A DNA stretch of 63,806 nt, the filler included, from a bacterium (lineage in GTDB: Bacteria; CLD3; SB21), in assembly GCA_013360215.1 (NCBI GenBank). It is 3 parts of 3 records of this genome, joined end to end, with 100 filler letters (N's around TTAATTAATTAA, not from the genome) between each part and the next. Parts side by side here need not be neighbours in the genome. Positions count along the whole stretch, not along the records: positions 28,432 to 54,892 come from JABWCP010000036.1; 2 more parts are not named here. One strand, written 5' to 3'. The position numbers were made by a program, and so were the translations under genes. Below are positions 29,966 through 40,811 of the stretch, piece after piece (position 1 is the stretch's first letter; each line of letters opens with the position of its first letter). The notes below the pieces were generated by a model that did not search any database, was not told the origin of the DNA, and worked only from the letters and a program-made list of their open reading frames with translations.

Positions 29966-31249
29966 TCAGACATTGTTTCCATTGTTGCCGACCGCATTTT
30001 CTCGAACCGATTTCACATAACGATTTGCGATACGATAACCGACAAAAAACAAAATCGCATACGATAGAGTTTGCCCCCAAGCTACGCCGTACTCTCCGAA
30101 TATTGAAATAAATATAAACGTAGCAACTAACCCGACCACCCCGCCAACCGCATCACGCATTAAAAATTCAGTCGGTTTACCAAAAATCGATATGATGGTC
30201 AGCTGTAAAGCAGACAGTGAAAAGAAAATATATCCGCCAAATACAACCGCCATGATGCCCCACGCATCAGCATACTTCGCCCCTCCCATTATCGGCATAA
30301 TCCAAGGGCTAAGAATACATAAAATAATCGGAGGTGGTAACGTAAAAGCCAAATACGTTCGTATGTAATTCTGTCTAACATTAATATCGCGCGTTTGTGA
30401 AAGTTTGACTGTCAAAGGATCAGAAAAAGCCTGAATGTATTGGCGCAGCATTCCCGCTGTTTTGTTGGCTAAACGAAAATTAGCTAATTGCTCCAGCGGT
30501 AACATCGCAGGTATGATCAACTGTTCGCCTTGCTTGAAGCCCAGCCTGAAAAATTTCCTCAGATAAAACGGCCAATATACTTTGACAACCTCCCACATTT
30601 TTCCGAGCTGCAGTTCAGAAATACGAGCATATTTGAAGTAATCGCGGACATAATATAAGCGGACCAGCAACGTCAGAAACATGGCTATAGTGATGCCGGT
30701 AAAATAATGATTCAGTCCGAGCCATAGATAAAACACAGTCGCAAAAATACGCTCAACGAGATTGCTGGAAGTTTCCAGGAAGGCATCTGTTCCAAAAAGC
30801 TGACGGACATTAAAAACAGACGATAAAATACCTTCACAAACAGTGAAAAACAGATGCAGCGTACACAAGTATATCACCCACGTGATATTCAGTTCCGGAA
30901 ATGAAACTTGAAGATCATCTCGCCACAGTGTACACATTACTAAAAAAAAACATGACGAAAATAATGCTACAACCATCCGTGTAAAAACCGCCGGCCAAAT
31001 AATTTCACGCACGGCTTCTTCGATTTTCCCGTCTTTTAATAATGGCGGCGCTTCGCGTATTTTACGATAGTGCAAGCCCACATCCGCAATGACTTTTACG
31101 AAGCTTACAGCCACTTCATACATTGCAATCAACGCAAAAATAACTTTTGAAAATTCATATGCAAAGTAGATCATGAAAAGCACACTCAGAAGCCCGACGG
31201 AGGAACGTCCAAGCAATATCCGAAAGGACTTTTTCATCAGTGAGTTCAT
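29966..31249 (-). CDS. Wzx-like oligosaccharide flippase, paralogue A
   Basis: Multi-TM MOP-superfamily pattern within a glycan locus. Confidence 0.8.
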   Translation of the reverse strand: MNSLMKKSFRILLGRSSVGLLSVLFMIYFAYEFSKVIFALIAMYEVAVSFVKVIADVGLHYRKIREAPPLLKDGKIEEAVREIIWPAVFTRMVVALFSSCFFLVMCTLWRDDLQVSFPELNITWVIYLCTLHLFFTVCEGILSSVFNVRQLFGTDAFLETSSNLVERIFATVFYLWLGLNHYFTGITIAMFLTLLVRLYYVRDYFKYARISELQLGKMWEVVKVYWPFYLRKFFRLGFKQGEQLIIPAMLPLEQLANFRLANKTAGMLRQYIQAFSDPLTVKLSQTRDINVRQNYIRTYLAFTLPPPIILCILSPWIMPIMGGAKYADAWGIMAVVFGGYIFFSLSALQLTIISIFGKPTEFLMRDAVGGVVGLVATFIFISIFGEYGVAWGQTLSYAILFFVGYRIANRYVKSVRENAVGNNGNNV

Positions 31250-32355
31250 GCGACGAGATGCTTCTCGAGGCGGTCAAATAGCGGTTCAACCGGGACTAAA
31301 CTGTTACCGGCGCGGATATTACCCGTAAGTGATTGACGGATCAATGACAAATCTTTTTTGGATAATCCATAATCTGCCGGATGCGTCGACACTCGCAATA
31401 ATTTCAAAAGATTTCGTACCGCATCGCCGCCCTGAGCACCAAAAATCGCATTCAAAGCAAAATCTACCTCCGAATGGACGCCGGCCATCGTATCAATAAT
31501 GTCGGGTAACGTAAAACTGCATGCAATCCCGTGCGGGGTTCCCTTTTGCGCGGTAACATAGTAAGAAATGGCATGCGCAACCGCGGTTTGAGTATTAGAA
31601 AAGGCCAACGCCGTATTCAGACTGCCCCACATTTGTCGTGTTCGTAATTCGAGATTGGGCAAATCATCAGCCAACAAAGGCAAAGTAGTCATGATTTCCC
31701 GCGCGGCTGTAATCGCATACCGCGTAGAAATAGGGTTTGCGTTTTTATTCCAAATGGCTTCCAATGCTTGCGACAAGGCATCCAATGAGGTTTGGACAGT
31801 TATATCGCGTGGAAGACTGAGCGTAAGTTCCGGGTCACAGATACATGCTTCAGCCCAAAGATTCGGCAAATGCAGCGAATATTTTTTCTTTTCCTCCATG
31901 TCCCAAACCGTAGCCCATGGTGTCAACTCACTGCCTGTGCCGGCCGTCGTAGGAATGGCGATCATGGGTTTCAGTTTATAACCGGATTTAGCACGCGTTC
32001 CGCGAATGATGCCTTCTACGATATCAAACTGATGCGAGTCATCGTATACCGAAAGCGCTTTTGCGCCGTCCATCACACTTCCTCCGCCGAGCGCGACGAT
32101 CACATCAAATTCTTTTTCCCACGCCGTAGCATACAAATCACGTAGTGCTACAAATGTAGGATTCGGAGGTATCTGATCCAAAACACCGGCGATCTGACCG
32201 GTCAAAGATCCAAGTTGATCCAGAATACCTCGTTTGATAAAGCCCGCTGTCGTCACGAGCAATACACGCCGATTACCGACCCAGCGGTTTATTTCCGCCA
32301 ATGTACCTGTACCAAAACGGATAGTGACCGGATTATAATAAGTAAACGCGTTCAT
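31246..32355 (-). CDS. Phosphonoacetaldehyde reductase (iron-containing alcohol dehydrogenase family)
   Basis: GGGSVMD.AK, IPTTAGTGSE.T.WATVWD...KKYS, HAISY and HG.AC. Located next to pepM/ppd. Confidence 0.88.
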   Translation of the reverse strand: MNAFTYYNPVTIRFGTGTLAEINRWVGNRRVLLVTTAGFIKRGILDQLGSLTGQIAGVLDQIPPNPTFVALRDLYATAWEKEFDVIVALGGGSVMDGAKALSVYDDSHQFDIVEGIIRGTRAKSGYKLKPMIAIPTTAGTGSELTPWATVWDMEEKKKYSLHLPNLWAEACICDPELTLSLPRDITVQTSLDALSQALEAIWNKNANPISTRYAITAAREIMTTLPLLADDLPNLELRTRQMWGSLNTALAFSNTQTAVAHAISYYVTAQKGTPHGIACSFTLPDIIDTMAGVHSEVDFALNAIFGAQGGDAVRNLLKLLRVSTHPADYGLSKKDLSLIRQSLTGNIRAGNSLVPVEPLFDRLEKHLVA

Positions 32356-33068
32356 TTGAAAATTTCCTTCGCACGCTCGTAATCCTCAAGAAAATCAATT
32401 TCGAGCCATGGTAAATTGCGCGTGGAGCTGCAATAAATTTGAAAACCTTGATGCGCCATACGCGTAAAGGCATGCGTATCATAGTAATTCAAACCTTCCT
32501 CAAACATGATCTTTTCCATGTACGCCAGCGCGGCTTTAGGATCTTTGATAAACGCAATACCTGTCCACTCTCCCGCCGCTTCGTGAAGCGGAATACCCTT
32601 ATTGGATTCGATCAACATATGCTCGGCTGTGACCCGAACTTTCATCGCTTCCTCATTGACCGGGCCAAAATCAGTAATCAGATCCAGCGCACAATCGTGT
32701 TGCAAGGCGTCTGTATAGTTAAGTTTCAAAATATCGTTGTGATAAATAATATCCCCATGGAGATAGACGATCGGATCGGCAGCGATCCAGTTTTTTGCAA
32801 ACCAAAGCGAACCCATGTTGTTGCATTGCTGATAAAAAGGATTGGCAATGTAAGTGATATCCCGCCCCAACGTATCCATGATCATTTCTTTTTTGTATCC
32901 GACCACGACAGCAATTTCCTGTATACCCATCGCACGTAGGGCCTTTACGGAACGAAGGAGCAATTCTTCTTCATTGACTTTCAGCAACCCTTTAGGCCGC
33001 TCCAAGGTCAACGGATACAAACGGCTGGACAATCCGGCCGCAACAATAACAGCTTTGGTAATATTCAT
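32352..33068 (-). CDS. Phosphocholine/phosphonate cytidylyltransferase (LicC/PntC-like)
   Basis: AVIVAAGLSSRL..PKGL, GD, EAMKV and WLEIDF.ED. Confidence 0.88.
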   Translation of the reverse strand: MNITKAVIVAAGLSSRLYPLTLERPKGLLKVNEEELLLRSVKALRAMGIQEIAVVVGYKKEMIMDTLGRDITYIANPFYQQCNNMGSLWFAKNWIAADPIVYLHGDIIYHNDILKLNYTDALQHDCALDLITDFGPVNEEAMKVRVTAEHMLIESNKGIPLHEAAGEWTGIAFIKDPKAALAYMEKIMFEEGLNYYDTHAFTRMAHQGFQIYCSSTRNLPWLEIDFLEDYERAKEIFK

Positions 33069-33085
33069 GAAATAAATTCCGTTGT

Positions 33086-33754
33086 TTATAATGTAAATTC
33101 TGCTGCAATCCCCCAACGAAAGCCATAGGGATATACAATTTTGACTTTTTGATCTCCGATCTGAGTCTGTGAAAAAAGCGTATATGATAAATAGGGCGAT
33201 ATGTGCAACGAAGGATTCACTTGAATTTTTGCATTTATCGCTACGTCCGTATAGAAACCATGACCTGATAGGCTTTTCGCATCAAAATAGCCGTCATCCC
33301 AACCATAATAGATTTTTGTTTTTGATCGCAGTATCCAATGATAGTGCGCTGAAAGGCCTCCAAAAACTCTTATGAGATTGGTGCGATACAAGCAATACTC
33401 ACCCGTCACCACTATATCCGGTACAAAGTAATTGTGCTCCGAACGACGCTCGCCTGCAAGAAGAGGTTCTGAATCAATACGTTTTCGATAGTAATAATAA
33501 ATGCTTGGGCCAAAGCGAAGATGAAAACCATTGGAAATCGGAATCGTATTAAAAATTGCAAAGCCTATGCCATACACTGGCTTCGCTGATTCGCGAAGCG
33601 CAGGGTGACGCTTCTTATAAAAGCCTAATAGGTCTTTATTCTCGCTGAACGTCATGCATCCATAACTAATTCGAATAATCGGCTTGGTCATTTCTTGTGT
33701 ATATATTATCAATGGGAAGAAGAACCAAACCACAATGCAAACGAATATGTTCAT
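33086..33754 (-). CDS. Putative outer-membrane beta-barrel protein
   Basis: Signal peptide, amphipathic aromatic strands and C-terminal WGIAAEFTL. Confidence 0.62.
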   Translation of the reverse strand: MNIFVCIVVWFFFPLIIYTQEMTKPIIRISYGCMTFSENKDLLGFYKKRHPALRESAKPVYGIGFAIFNTIPISNGFHLRFGPSIYYYYRKRIDSEPLLAGERRSEHNYFVPDIVVTGEYCLYRTNLIRVFGGLSAHYHWILRSKTKIYYGWDDGYFDAKSLSGHGFYTDVAINAKIQVNPSLHISPYLSYTLFSQTQIGDQKVKIVYPYGFRWGIAAEFTL

Positions 33755-34500
33755 TGGCTATCTCCATTATGAAAAGGTAAGCCTTGATGTTTACTTAGTA
33801 ATATCTCAATTCCAAAAGCCCAGTAAATCCCAACAGCTGGGAATCGCACAGCTGATGTTTCCGAATACAAATCATCATTTTCTTTCAAAACAGCAGTAGA
33901 CATAAATGCAATTTGACCTGCACCAACAACCGACACGGAGTTACTTATAGAGTGACGTAACTTTAATGCTCCCGATCCAAAATAGCCATCGCCGCGCATA
34001 TTGTTAAATGTGGAATAACCGTACCCATGACCATGCCCATAACGTATTTTGGAGACCCAAATATTGGCATAAGAAAACTCGATACCCGCCCCAAGAGATA
34101 TGTATTTGGTCTGGAGAAACTGATATTCAGCACTCAACGATGTTAAAAACATTGGATAATGATGCCACAAATAGAGTTTAGCATAAGTGCCATTCATCAG
34201 TCTCTTTTTGCCGCCGGTATCTATTTTATCTTTTGTGTAATGCAGACCAAATGATATTCCGTATCGCCATCGCTGCTTGTGCACCACTTCGTAAGTAAGT
34301 AATGCGTTATAACCCATCGGATTACCAAAACTTTTCACATACTTGTCCGAACCAATATTGTCACCCAATGGCATGACGCTTATGCTGGTTTTCAAAATCA
34401 GTTGTTGCTCGATCTGGTGACTTGTATCAGCTTGAGCCCAAAGCGAGACAGTAATAAAGCAAAGTGTAAATATATAATAACGTACATTCAAAAAATACAC
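33751..34500 (-). CDS. Putative outer-membrane beta-barrel protein
   Basis: GAGGAGG RBS before GTG, signal peptide (SLWA-Q) and amphipathic strands. Confidence 0.62.
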   Translation of the reverse strand: MYFLNVRYYIFTLCFITVSLWAQADTSHQIEQQLILKTSISVMPLGDNIGSDKYVKSFGNPMGYNALLTYEVVHKQRWRYGISFGLHYTKDKIDTGGKKRLMNGTYAKLYLWHHYPMFLTSLSAEYQFLQTKYISLGAGIEFSYANIWVSKIRYGHGHGYGYSTFNNMRGDGYFGSGALKLRHSISNSVSVVGAGQIAFMSTAVLKENDDLYSETSAVRFPAVGIYWAFGIEILLSKHQGLPFHNGDSQ

Positions 34501-34747
34501 CTCTTACCTCCTCGTCTCTTCGCACAACCTGTATTCACGAAGGGAAATCGATAAATTAGTTGATTGTTCAACCTAATCACGCGTTGGAAAACTAATGCCA
34601 ACTGGAGCCACAAATTCGCCGTCAGAGAGCACGGTCAGGTTCTTGCAATTAATTTGTTTTTCTAATCGACATTAATCATTAAAGATTGTTGTTATTCAAC
34701 GACCATTTTCAACATTACTTGATTGTAATGCGAACGTATTATCGCTA

Positions 34748-35878
34748 TCATGATCTCAAAAACGCCATCAACCGTTCTTTGACTTGGTATGGTTTCACCT
34801 TAGGACGTCCCAGTTCCGGCGGCGACCCTTTTGATATTCTCATATACAAAAAGGTCAATCCACCATTTGTCTTCCATTCTTTGATCCGCTGTTCCAGTTC
34901 ATCCAGCGAATGAACGTGTATCGCATGGGTGTATCCTACTGATGCAGCAAGGTCAACAAAATGAATCATATGCGAAACCGTCGCCTGGCCTCCGGTAGAA
35001 TCGTGTACGTTATTATCGAGTAAGATATGGCACAAATTAGAAGGACTGTAATACGCATTGGTTGCGATAGAACCCATACGCATCAGGAAAGCACCATCCC
35101 CGTCAATTGCGATGATTTTTTTCTGCGGTTTGGCGAGCGCTAAACCTAACCCCAAATTACTGATGCAACCCATTGATCCGACCATGTACAAATTATTCGA
35201 CGCATCTTCGACTTCATACAGTTCACGCCCTGTTTTACCCGTTGTGGCCAAGTGAACGGTGTGCTGATCTTTGACGGCATTGATGCGCGCTAAAGCTTCC
35301 GTACGTTTGGGTTTTTGTTCATCGGTAGTTTTAACTATTCTACGAACATTCGCAGGTGACTTCAGCGTCTGCGGTTTTAACTCTTCTTTTTCAAACGTTC
35401 CTTTTTTTACAACAAAGAAAAACGTTTTGTTCTGTTTGATGATATTGTCGGCGCGCTCGATTTGTTTTACCGCCTCATTATTGTCAGATGCGAGATACTC
35501 CCACGGTATTTCCATCAAATCGAGCATTTTAGTCGTGATCGGCCCCATCAGCTCGTGCTGCGGTTCATCACTTAATCCCGGTTCGCCCCGCAAACTGACA
35601 ATACCTAAAACGGGTAATTGGAATGTCCAGGTCAGCGATGTAAGCGGTGACGTTGCATTGGTCAGACCGGAATTTTGACAGAGGAATACCGATTTACGAC
35701 CACCGAGATATGCGCCGGCACATGCCGCTACAGCGTCACCCTCATTGGTGGCCATCACATAATCGCATTCGTTAATCGCATAATTGATCAGATCTTTTAA
35801 GAACGAACATGGAACGCCGCTGTAAAAGTCATAGCCTTTCCTTTTCAATTCTTCGCCGAAAACGCGTGTACTGAGCAT
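34748..35878 (-). CDS. ppd: Phosphonopyruvate decarboxylase
   Basis: GVPCS.LK, NEG.AV, QNSGL.N, RGEPG..DEPQH, YMVGSMG and the ThDP motif DGDGAFLM...NN. Confidence 0.95.
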   Translation of the reverse strand: MLSTRVFGEELKRKGYDFYSGVPCSFLKDLINYAINECDYVMATNEGDAVAACAGAYLGGRKSVFLCQNSGLTNATSPLTSLTWTFQLPVLGIVSLRGEPGLSDEPQHELMGPITTKMLDLMEIPWEYLASDNNEAVKQIERADNIIKQNKTFFFVVKKGTFEKEELKPQTLKSPANVRRIVKTTDEQKPKRTEALARINAVKDQHTVHLATTGKTGRELYEVEDASNNLYMVGSMGCISNLGLGLALAKPQKKIIAIDGDGAFLMRMGSIATNAYYSPSNLCHILLDNNVHDSTGGQATVSHMIHFVDLAASVGYTHAIHVHSLDELEQRIKEWKTNGGLTFLYMRISKGSPPELGRPKVKPYQVKERLMAFLRS

Positions 35879-35879
35879 A

Positions 35880-37475
35880 TTACATATCTCCCGCTTTTTG
35901 AAGTTTGACCACGTCATCAATGTCCAGCCATGAGCCGCGTATGTATTTTACAGCTATGGTCGTGGTTTTAGCGATTTCATTAAAAAGATCGGCCATACGC
36001 AGATTCTTAAATTCCGGATTTTTGGATAATGTTTCCATGGCTTGTTTGACCGCAGCGGCACCATGCGTATTGACCTTCCACAGACCGACAAACTCACCGT
36101 GAATTTCTTCCGATTTCAGATTGGTGGACATACGGACAAATTTAACTGAATCCTGAAACAGGTTTTTGGAGTGCGCACGCTCGGCCCGCACATAATCTTT
36201 ATATCCGGGTGTCATTTGTACGTCACTATCCACCACGATCGTAACATCGTTATTGTCGTTGAGCAAATCATTTAAAATATAACTTTTAAAGACAATGTCA
36301 CCGTAGGCAATAACCGTGTTTTCTTTAAGTTCGTTTTTCGCCAGATACAAGCTGTACAACTCCTTCGTGGAGGCATACGCTTCATTATCGATCGTTTTGA
36401 TATTGGTCGCTTTGATCGTATCTTTTTTATATCCGCGAACCACGGTAATATCTTTGATCCCGACGCGATTAAATTCGTCCGTAGTACGTGCCAGCAATGT
36501 TTTGCCTTGGACCTTGAGCAACACCTTCGGTATATCTTTGGTGAGTTCTTTCAGATTGTTACCTTCCGAAGCGGCTAAAATAATCGAATTGACATTTTTA
36601 CCGGATGCGGGGAGGTATTTATCTTCGGCCGCTTCAAGTTCATCTGCATTTTGCAGGCGAAATATTTCATTCACCGAGGCCACTTTATCTTCAACATTGA
36701 TCAACGATTGCTCTTCAAAAATTCGTTTGGAAGTGGCCTGCATCGCTGTGATTGAGGTACGAATATTATGATTCGCCCAGATGACCATACTGATACCGAT
36801 CTGCCGATATAAATCCGTCGGCGTTGAATAATACTTCGTCGGCACAATAACGACCGGGAGTCGGCCGGCCCACTCTTTCATAAACGCTTCGATATCCGAT
36901 GGATTGGATTTTTTGCTGTGCACGAGCACGGCATCTGCACCCGCCTGACGATACGCTTCGCCGCGACGTAGCGCTTCATCCAGTCCCCATCCTGCAATGA
37001 AGGCTTCGATACGCGCTACGATAACAAAATCATCGTCTTTCTGGCTGTCGCGCCCGGCCTTGATTTTGCCGCAAAACTCATCCACATCCGCCAACGGTTG
37101 CGCTTCGCCGGAAATAAAAGAATTGGTTTTGGGAAATAATTTGTCTTCGATACAGACGCCGGCTACATTTCGTTGTTCCAGTTTTTGTACCAAGCGTCGC
37201 ATATTATTAAAATTTCCATATCCCGTATCGCCGTCCAACAGCATAGGAATCGTCGTGGCATCGCTGATGTATTCGCATACATCCAACACCTGCGTCCAGG
37301 AAGCTTCATTATTATCACGCACGCCCAGCGATGCCGATATGGACAAACCGCTGCCCCAAATCCCCTTAAATCCCGCTTCTTCTACGATTTTAGCTGATAA
37401 TCCGTTATGCGCTTCCATGATGAACTCCAGTTCTTTGGAGCGGATCATGTTTTTAAGTAGTGTCGTTTTATTCAT
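35880..37475 (-). CDS. pepM: Phosphoenolpyruvate mutase fused to a C-terminal nucleotidyltransferase domain
   Basis: [13 protein letters not shown] and the diagnostic [10 protein letters not shown] (EDKx5NS). C-terminal ILAA...PK..L, YGD and W.DID. Confidence 0.96.
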   Translation of the reverse strand: MNKTTLLKNMIRSKELEFIMEAHNGLSAKIVEEAGFKGIWGSGLSISASLGVRDNNEASWTQVLDVCEYISDATTIPMLLDGDTGYGNFNNMRRLVQKLEQRNVAGVCIEDKLFPKTNSFISGEAQPLADVDEFCGKIKAGRDSQKDDDFVIVARIEAFIAGWGLDEALRRGEAYRQAGADAVLVHSKKSNPSDIEAFMKEWAGRLPVVIVPTKYYSTPTDLYRQIGISMVIWANHNIRTSITAMQATSKRIFEEQSLINVEDKVASVNEIFRLQNADELEAAEDKYLPASGKNVNSIILAASEGNNLKELTKDIPKVLLKVQGKTLLARTTDEFNRVGIKDITVVRGYKKDTIKATNIKTIDNEAYASTKELYSLYLAKNELKENTVIAYGDIVFKSYILNDLLNDNNDVTIVVDSDVQMTPGYKDYVRAERAHSKNLFQDSVKFVRMSTNLKSEEIHGEFVGLWKVNTHGAAAVKQAMETLSKNPEFKNLRMADLFNEIAKTTTIAVKYIRGSWLDIDDVVKLQKAGDM

Positions 37476-37520
37476 GGCATGTTCCTATAACAAGTGTGGG
37501 TTAATATTTATTAATAAAGC

Positions 37521-38693
37521 TTATTTGTGGTTTGAAGGCATTAAATAATACTGCGTAATCCAATAACATACACTTAAAAAGCCGTACAACGTTATAAAAT
37601 AAAATGATTCCGTAAACATGTCCATTCCTAAACCGATACCCATTAAGATCATATTCATATTCCATCGGGTACCGCTGAATAATCGAAGTTTACGATTCAA
37701 ATCCGAGGTGTCATATATAGACCGACCGTAGCGACGATTGTATCGGATCGTAATAGGTTTCATTATAAAAAAAAGAAAAACGAGCGCTACCGCATTTACC
37801 ATAGGCCATGACCAAACCATGCCGGCGCCGAGATGATAAGCTATAGCGACATACCACAACGGATGATAAATCGAATGAGAAACCTTGTCCAACCAATGAC
37901 CTAATCGGCTTGACTGAAATGTCAAACGCGCCAAAACCCCATCCCACGCATCACATATCATCGTGAATGCGCTCAATGCCAAGCCGAGCGCCCATTGTCC
38001 CTGCGCGTACGCCATAAAGGCGCCCGCCGCGATAAAAAGATAACCGATAGTAATCTGATTGGGAGTCAGAGGTACCAAAGGTATTATGCGCATGAGCCTA
38101 GCAACGATGCGCACATAAACGTACGTATATAAAACATCCATGACACCTTTGACCGACGCGTCAAAAAATAATTTTTCTGCACGGCGCACCTCCTCCTTCA
38201 TACGCATATCCGCCGCAATCGCTGGTACATAAACGCGCAGAGAGAGAATATGCGGGTCTATATCTTCCGGACGAATTTGGACTGAGCAGGACTTCTGAAT
38301 ATCAGATTCACCATGCCCACCGTTCAAAACGGAAGAATGAATCCAAGCGGCCAAGAGCCGGTCATCGGTCCCAATATATGCAGCATTTTCTTGGGATCTC
38401 ATAAGTTCGGAAAAAATCCGTGTATCGTATGCATGCGTACTTCGTAACCATAGTACGCTATCATGTCGCGATATGATAGGTTGAATATCTGCATCTTGAG
38501 ATTTTCCTGCTTCTATACGATGGATTACTACGTCTTTTATGATTGGTAAATCGAAAGTACTCGATGCTGTTCCAACGAGAATTACTTCTTCACACCCAAA
38601 TTTTTGTAACTGACGTATGGCACGTGTAAGCGAGGTCAGGCTCCAAACTTTATGCTTCGGCATTCCATCCGTTATGTCAATACAACCCAGCAT
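37521..38693 (-). CDS. CDP-alcohol phosphotransferase with degenerate N-terminal NTP-transferase-like domain
   Basis: TPNQIT and DAWDGVLAR...G.WLD. Confidence 0.82.
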   Translation of the reverse strand: MLGCIDITDGMPKHKVWSLTSLTRAIRQLQKFGCEEVILVGTASSTFDLPIIKDVVIHRIEAGKSQDADIQPIISRHDSVLWLRSTHAYDTRIFSELMRSQENAAYIGTDDRLLAAWIHSSVLNGGHGESDIQKSCSVQIRPEDIDPHILSLRVYVPAIAADMRMKEEVRRAEKLFFDASVKGVMDVLYTYVYVRIVARLMRIIPLVPLTPNQITIGYLFIAAGAFMAYAQGQWALGLALSAFTMICDAWDGVLARLTFQSSRLGHWLDKVSHSIYHPLWYVAIAYHLGAGMVWSWPMVNAVALVFLFFIMKPITIRYNRRYGRSIYDTSDLNRKLRLFSGTRWNMNMILMGIGLGMDMFTESFYFITLYGFLSVCYWITQYYLMPSNHK

Positions 38694-38701
38694 GAGGTTC
38701 C

Positions 38702-39961
38702 TTAATTAGTCCGTTCTTTTTTTGGCTTTTCAACAATAACGCGCCCAAAATGAAAAACAACATACACCATCATCCAGCAGGCATACGCGATGTATGTTGC
38801 TACCGGCTTACCGATAACAAGCCCGACCATCATCATATAGATGAAAATATTACGCCGCGGTAAAAAAAGACGTGCATAGCCATCCAACGGCGAGAAGTCA
38901 TGAATTCGCATTTTATGATAATAACGAAAAGCACGCGCGGCTAACTTGTCAAGAATATGACCGCCAACTACAGCCGAAATCAAATAAAACGTCGTCTGCC
39001 ACGAATCTAAAAATCCCGCTACTTTGAGCCCGATACCAAAGCCCACATAATACAGATATATATTGATACGATCAGCCACATGATCCAGCTTATCGCCTTG
39101 ATCGCTGGTGCGATATGTAAAACGCGCTAATTTACCGTCACATACATCGAGAATACTGACCACGATAGCATGCGCGATACCCCACGTTAATAAACCAAAA
39201 GCAAATAGCGGCGCCACTGTAAAAGCAAAAAGTATGCTTGTATAGGTAATTTGGTTGGGAGTGATATGCGTCTTCGCTATCCATTTAACCAATACTTTTG
39301 ACAATACTTTGTAAAAATACTTCGCTACAACATCAATTGCGCCATAATGCGTGACTTCAAATAAGTACGCTTCCGCTTCCGACGCTGCTCTTTTATCGTG
39401 CACTTCAAATGCATAAGGGTGGATAGACTTACGCAAATTGCGCATATAAACCATAGTCCGAGCTACATCAACAACGCTAATTTTCCTATTTTCAGCTAAT
39501 GCCGCCGCCAATACTCCGACATCATTGCAGGAAACATCCAAATTTTGGAGCGCATTTGCGTCTAGACGCAGCAATCCCGGCATTTTCTTTTGCGAGTTAG
39601 CAAACGTCGTATTGCTTTGGGCTTGAATAGCCTGATCTATCAATGCCTCCTGATAAATCGCATTTCCCTGAAGCAACACGAAGGTGTTGTCCTGAATTTC
39701 AGGCACCTCTTTTAATGCATCTATCAATAATTTAGGCGAGGGGTGTATTCGATATGTTATAGGCTTAAACCGGCCAAAATCTTCTCTGAACTTAACTCGC
39801 CTGTCATCGTTGGTTATAATAACCGTCTGAGTTATTCCGTACAAAGCCAGTAATCGCAAATTGCGCTCTAACAGCGAAATAGAAAAAACAGTAATCTCAG
39901 ATTGATCTGAACGGGCATCAATGACCGCCAGTCGTTGCTCGTTTTGGTTTTGCTTATTCAT
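38702..39961 (-). CDS. CDP-alcohol phosphotransferase with degenerate N-terminal NTP-transferase-like domain
   Basis: ITPNQIT and DVCDGKLAR...G..LDH.AD. N-terminal SLLERNLRLL...GI. Confidence 0.85.
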   Translation of the reverse strand: MNKQNQNEQRLAVIDARSDQSEITVFSISLLERNLRLLALYGITQTVIITNDDRRVKFREDFGRFKPITYRIHPSPKLLIDALKEVPEIQDNTFVLLQGNAIYQEALIDQAIQAQSNTTFANSQKKMPGLLRLDANALQNLDVSCNDVGVLAAALAENRKISVVDVARTMVYMRNLRKSIHPYAFEVHDKRAASEAEAYLFEVTHYGAIDVVAKYFYKVLSKVLVKWIAKTHITPNQITYTSILFAFTVAPLFAFGLLTWGIAHAIVVSILDVCDGKLARFTYRTSDQGDKLDHVADRINIYLYYVGFGIGLKVAGFLDSWQTTFYLISAVVGGHILDKLAARAFRYYHKMRIHDFSPLDGYARLFLPRRNIFIYMMMVGLVIGKPVATYIAYACWMMVYVVFHFGRVIVEKPKKERTN

Positions 39962-39976
39962 CGGGGTAAAATATAA

Positions 39977-40567
39977 TTATTTTTTAAACATCGTGTTTTC
40001 GATAATTTCACACAGTATGTGACCGATCATAATGTGCGACTCCTGGATACGCGGCGTATCGTTAGAAGGCACATTGATAAGATAATCACACACATCCTTC
40101 ATCTTGCCCCCCGTCGTGCCGGTCATTCCCACAGCTATCATATTTTTTTGTTTTGCCGCTAGCATAGCATTCAAGATGTTTTTTGAGTTCCCTGAAGTTG
40201 ATAATCCGATCAGAACGTCGCCCGATTGCCCCATGCCCTCGACTAACCTTGAAAACACCACATCGTAGCTATAATCATTGGCAATGGCGGTGAGGTAGGA
40301 CGAGTTTACGTGCAACGCCTCTGCCGGCAAAGGTCTGCGGTCCATATAAAACCGACCACTCAATTCGGCGGCCAGATGCTGTGCATCGGCGGCACTTCCC
40401 CCGTTTCCGCAAAACAGGATTTTTTTCTCTTCATTCAGTGCCTTGATCATGATCTCAGCCGTTTTTGCTATAGTATCCAATAATACCGGCTGCGTCAATA
40501 TTTCTTCTTTGACACGGATCGAACTGCGAATGACATCTGAAATTTTTGTCAAATTCTGGTATTCCAT
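39977..40567 (-). CDS. gmhA: D-sedoheptulose 7-phosphate isomerase
   Basis: CGNGGSAADAQH.AAE, NDY, STSGNS.N and TPRIQE.H. GAGG RBS before ATG 40567. Confidence 0.95.
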   Translation of the reverse strand: MEYQNLTKISDVIRSSIRVKEEILTQPVLLDTIAKTAEIMIKALNEEKKILFCGNGGSAADAQHLAAELSGRFYMDRRPLPAEALHVNSSYLTAIANDYSYDVVFSRLVEGMGQSGDVLIGLSTSGNSKNILNAMLAAKQKNMIAVGMTGTTGGKMKDVCDYLINVPSNDTPRIQESHIMIGHILCEIIENTMFKK

Positions 40568-40754
40568 TTTACCTCTATAATAAAACCATGGTATCGTGAG
40601 GATGAGTGTCGAACGGATATGCGCATTAGATAAAGTCCTGCGCATAAAAAGTGCGATGGATTTTACGAAAGTTGTTTTAAATTTACAATGAATTCGTTAC
40701 CGATGTGGAAATTTGTAATCGCGGCACTGGCGGTTTTATGAAGAAAAATTAAAT

Positions 40755-40786
40755 AAAAAATCTTGGCTTGATTAAGCCAAGATTTT
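40755..40786 (-). terminator. Intrinsic terminator
   Basis: AAAATCTTGGCTT-GATT-AAGCCAAGATTTT hairpin, with a T tract on the minus strand. Confidence 0.8.
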
Positions 40787-40811
40787 AAAAAGATTATATA
40801 TCGATTTACTG

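Noticed and set aside
34586-34600. Third sigma-54 promoter in the glycan locus, upstream of the barrel genes (minus strand TGGCATTAGTTTTCC)
   Set aside because: The -12 element reads CC rather than GC, which is too weak to call.
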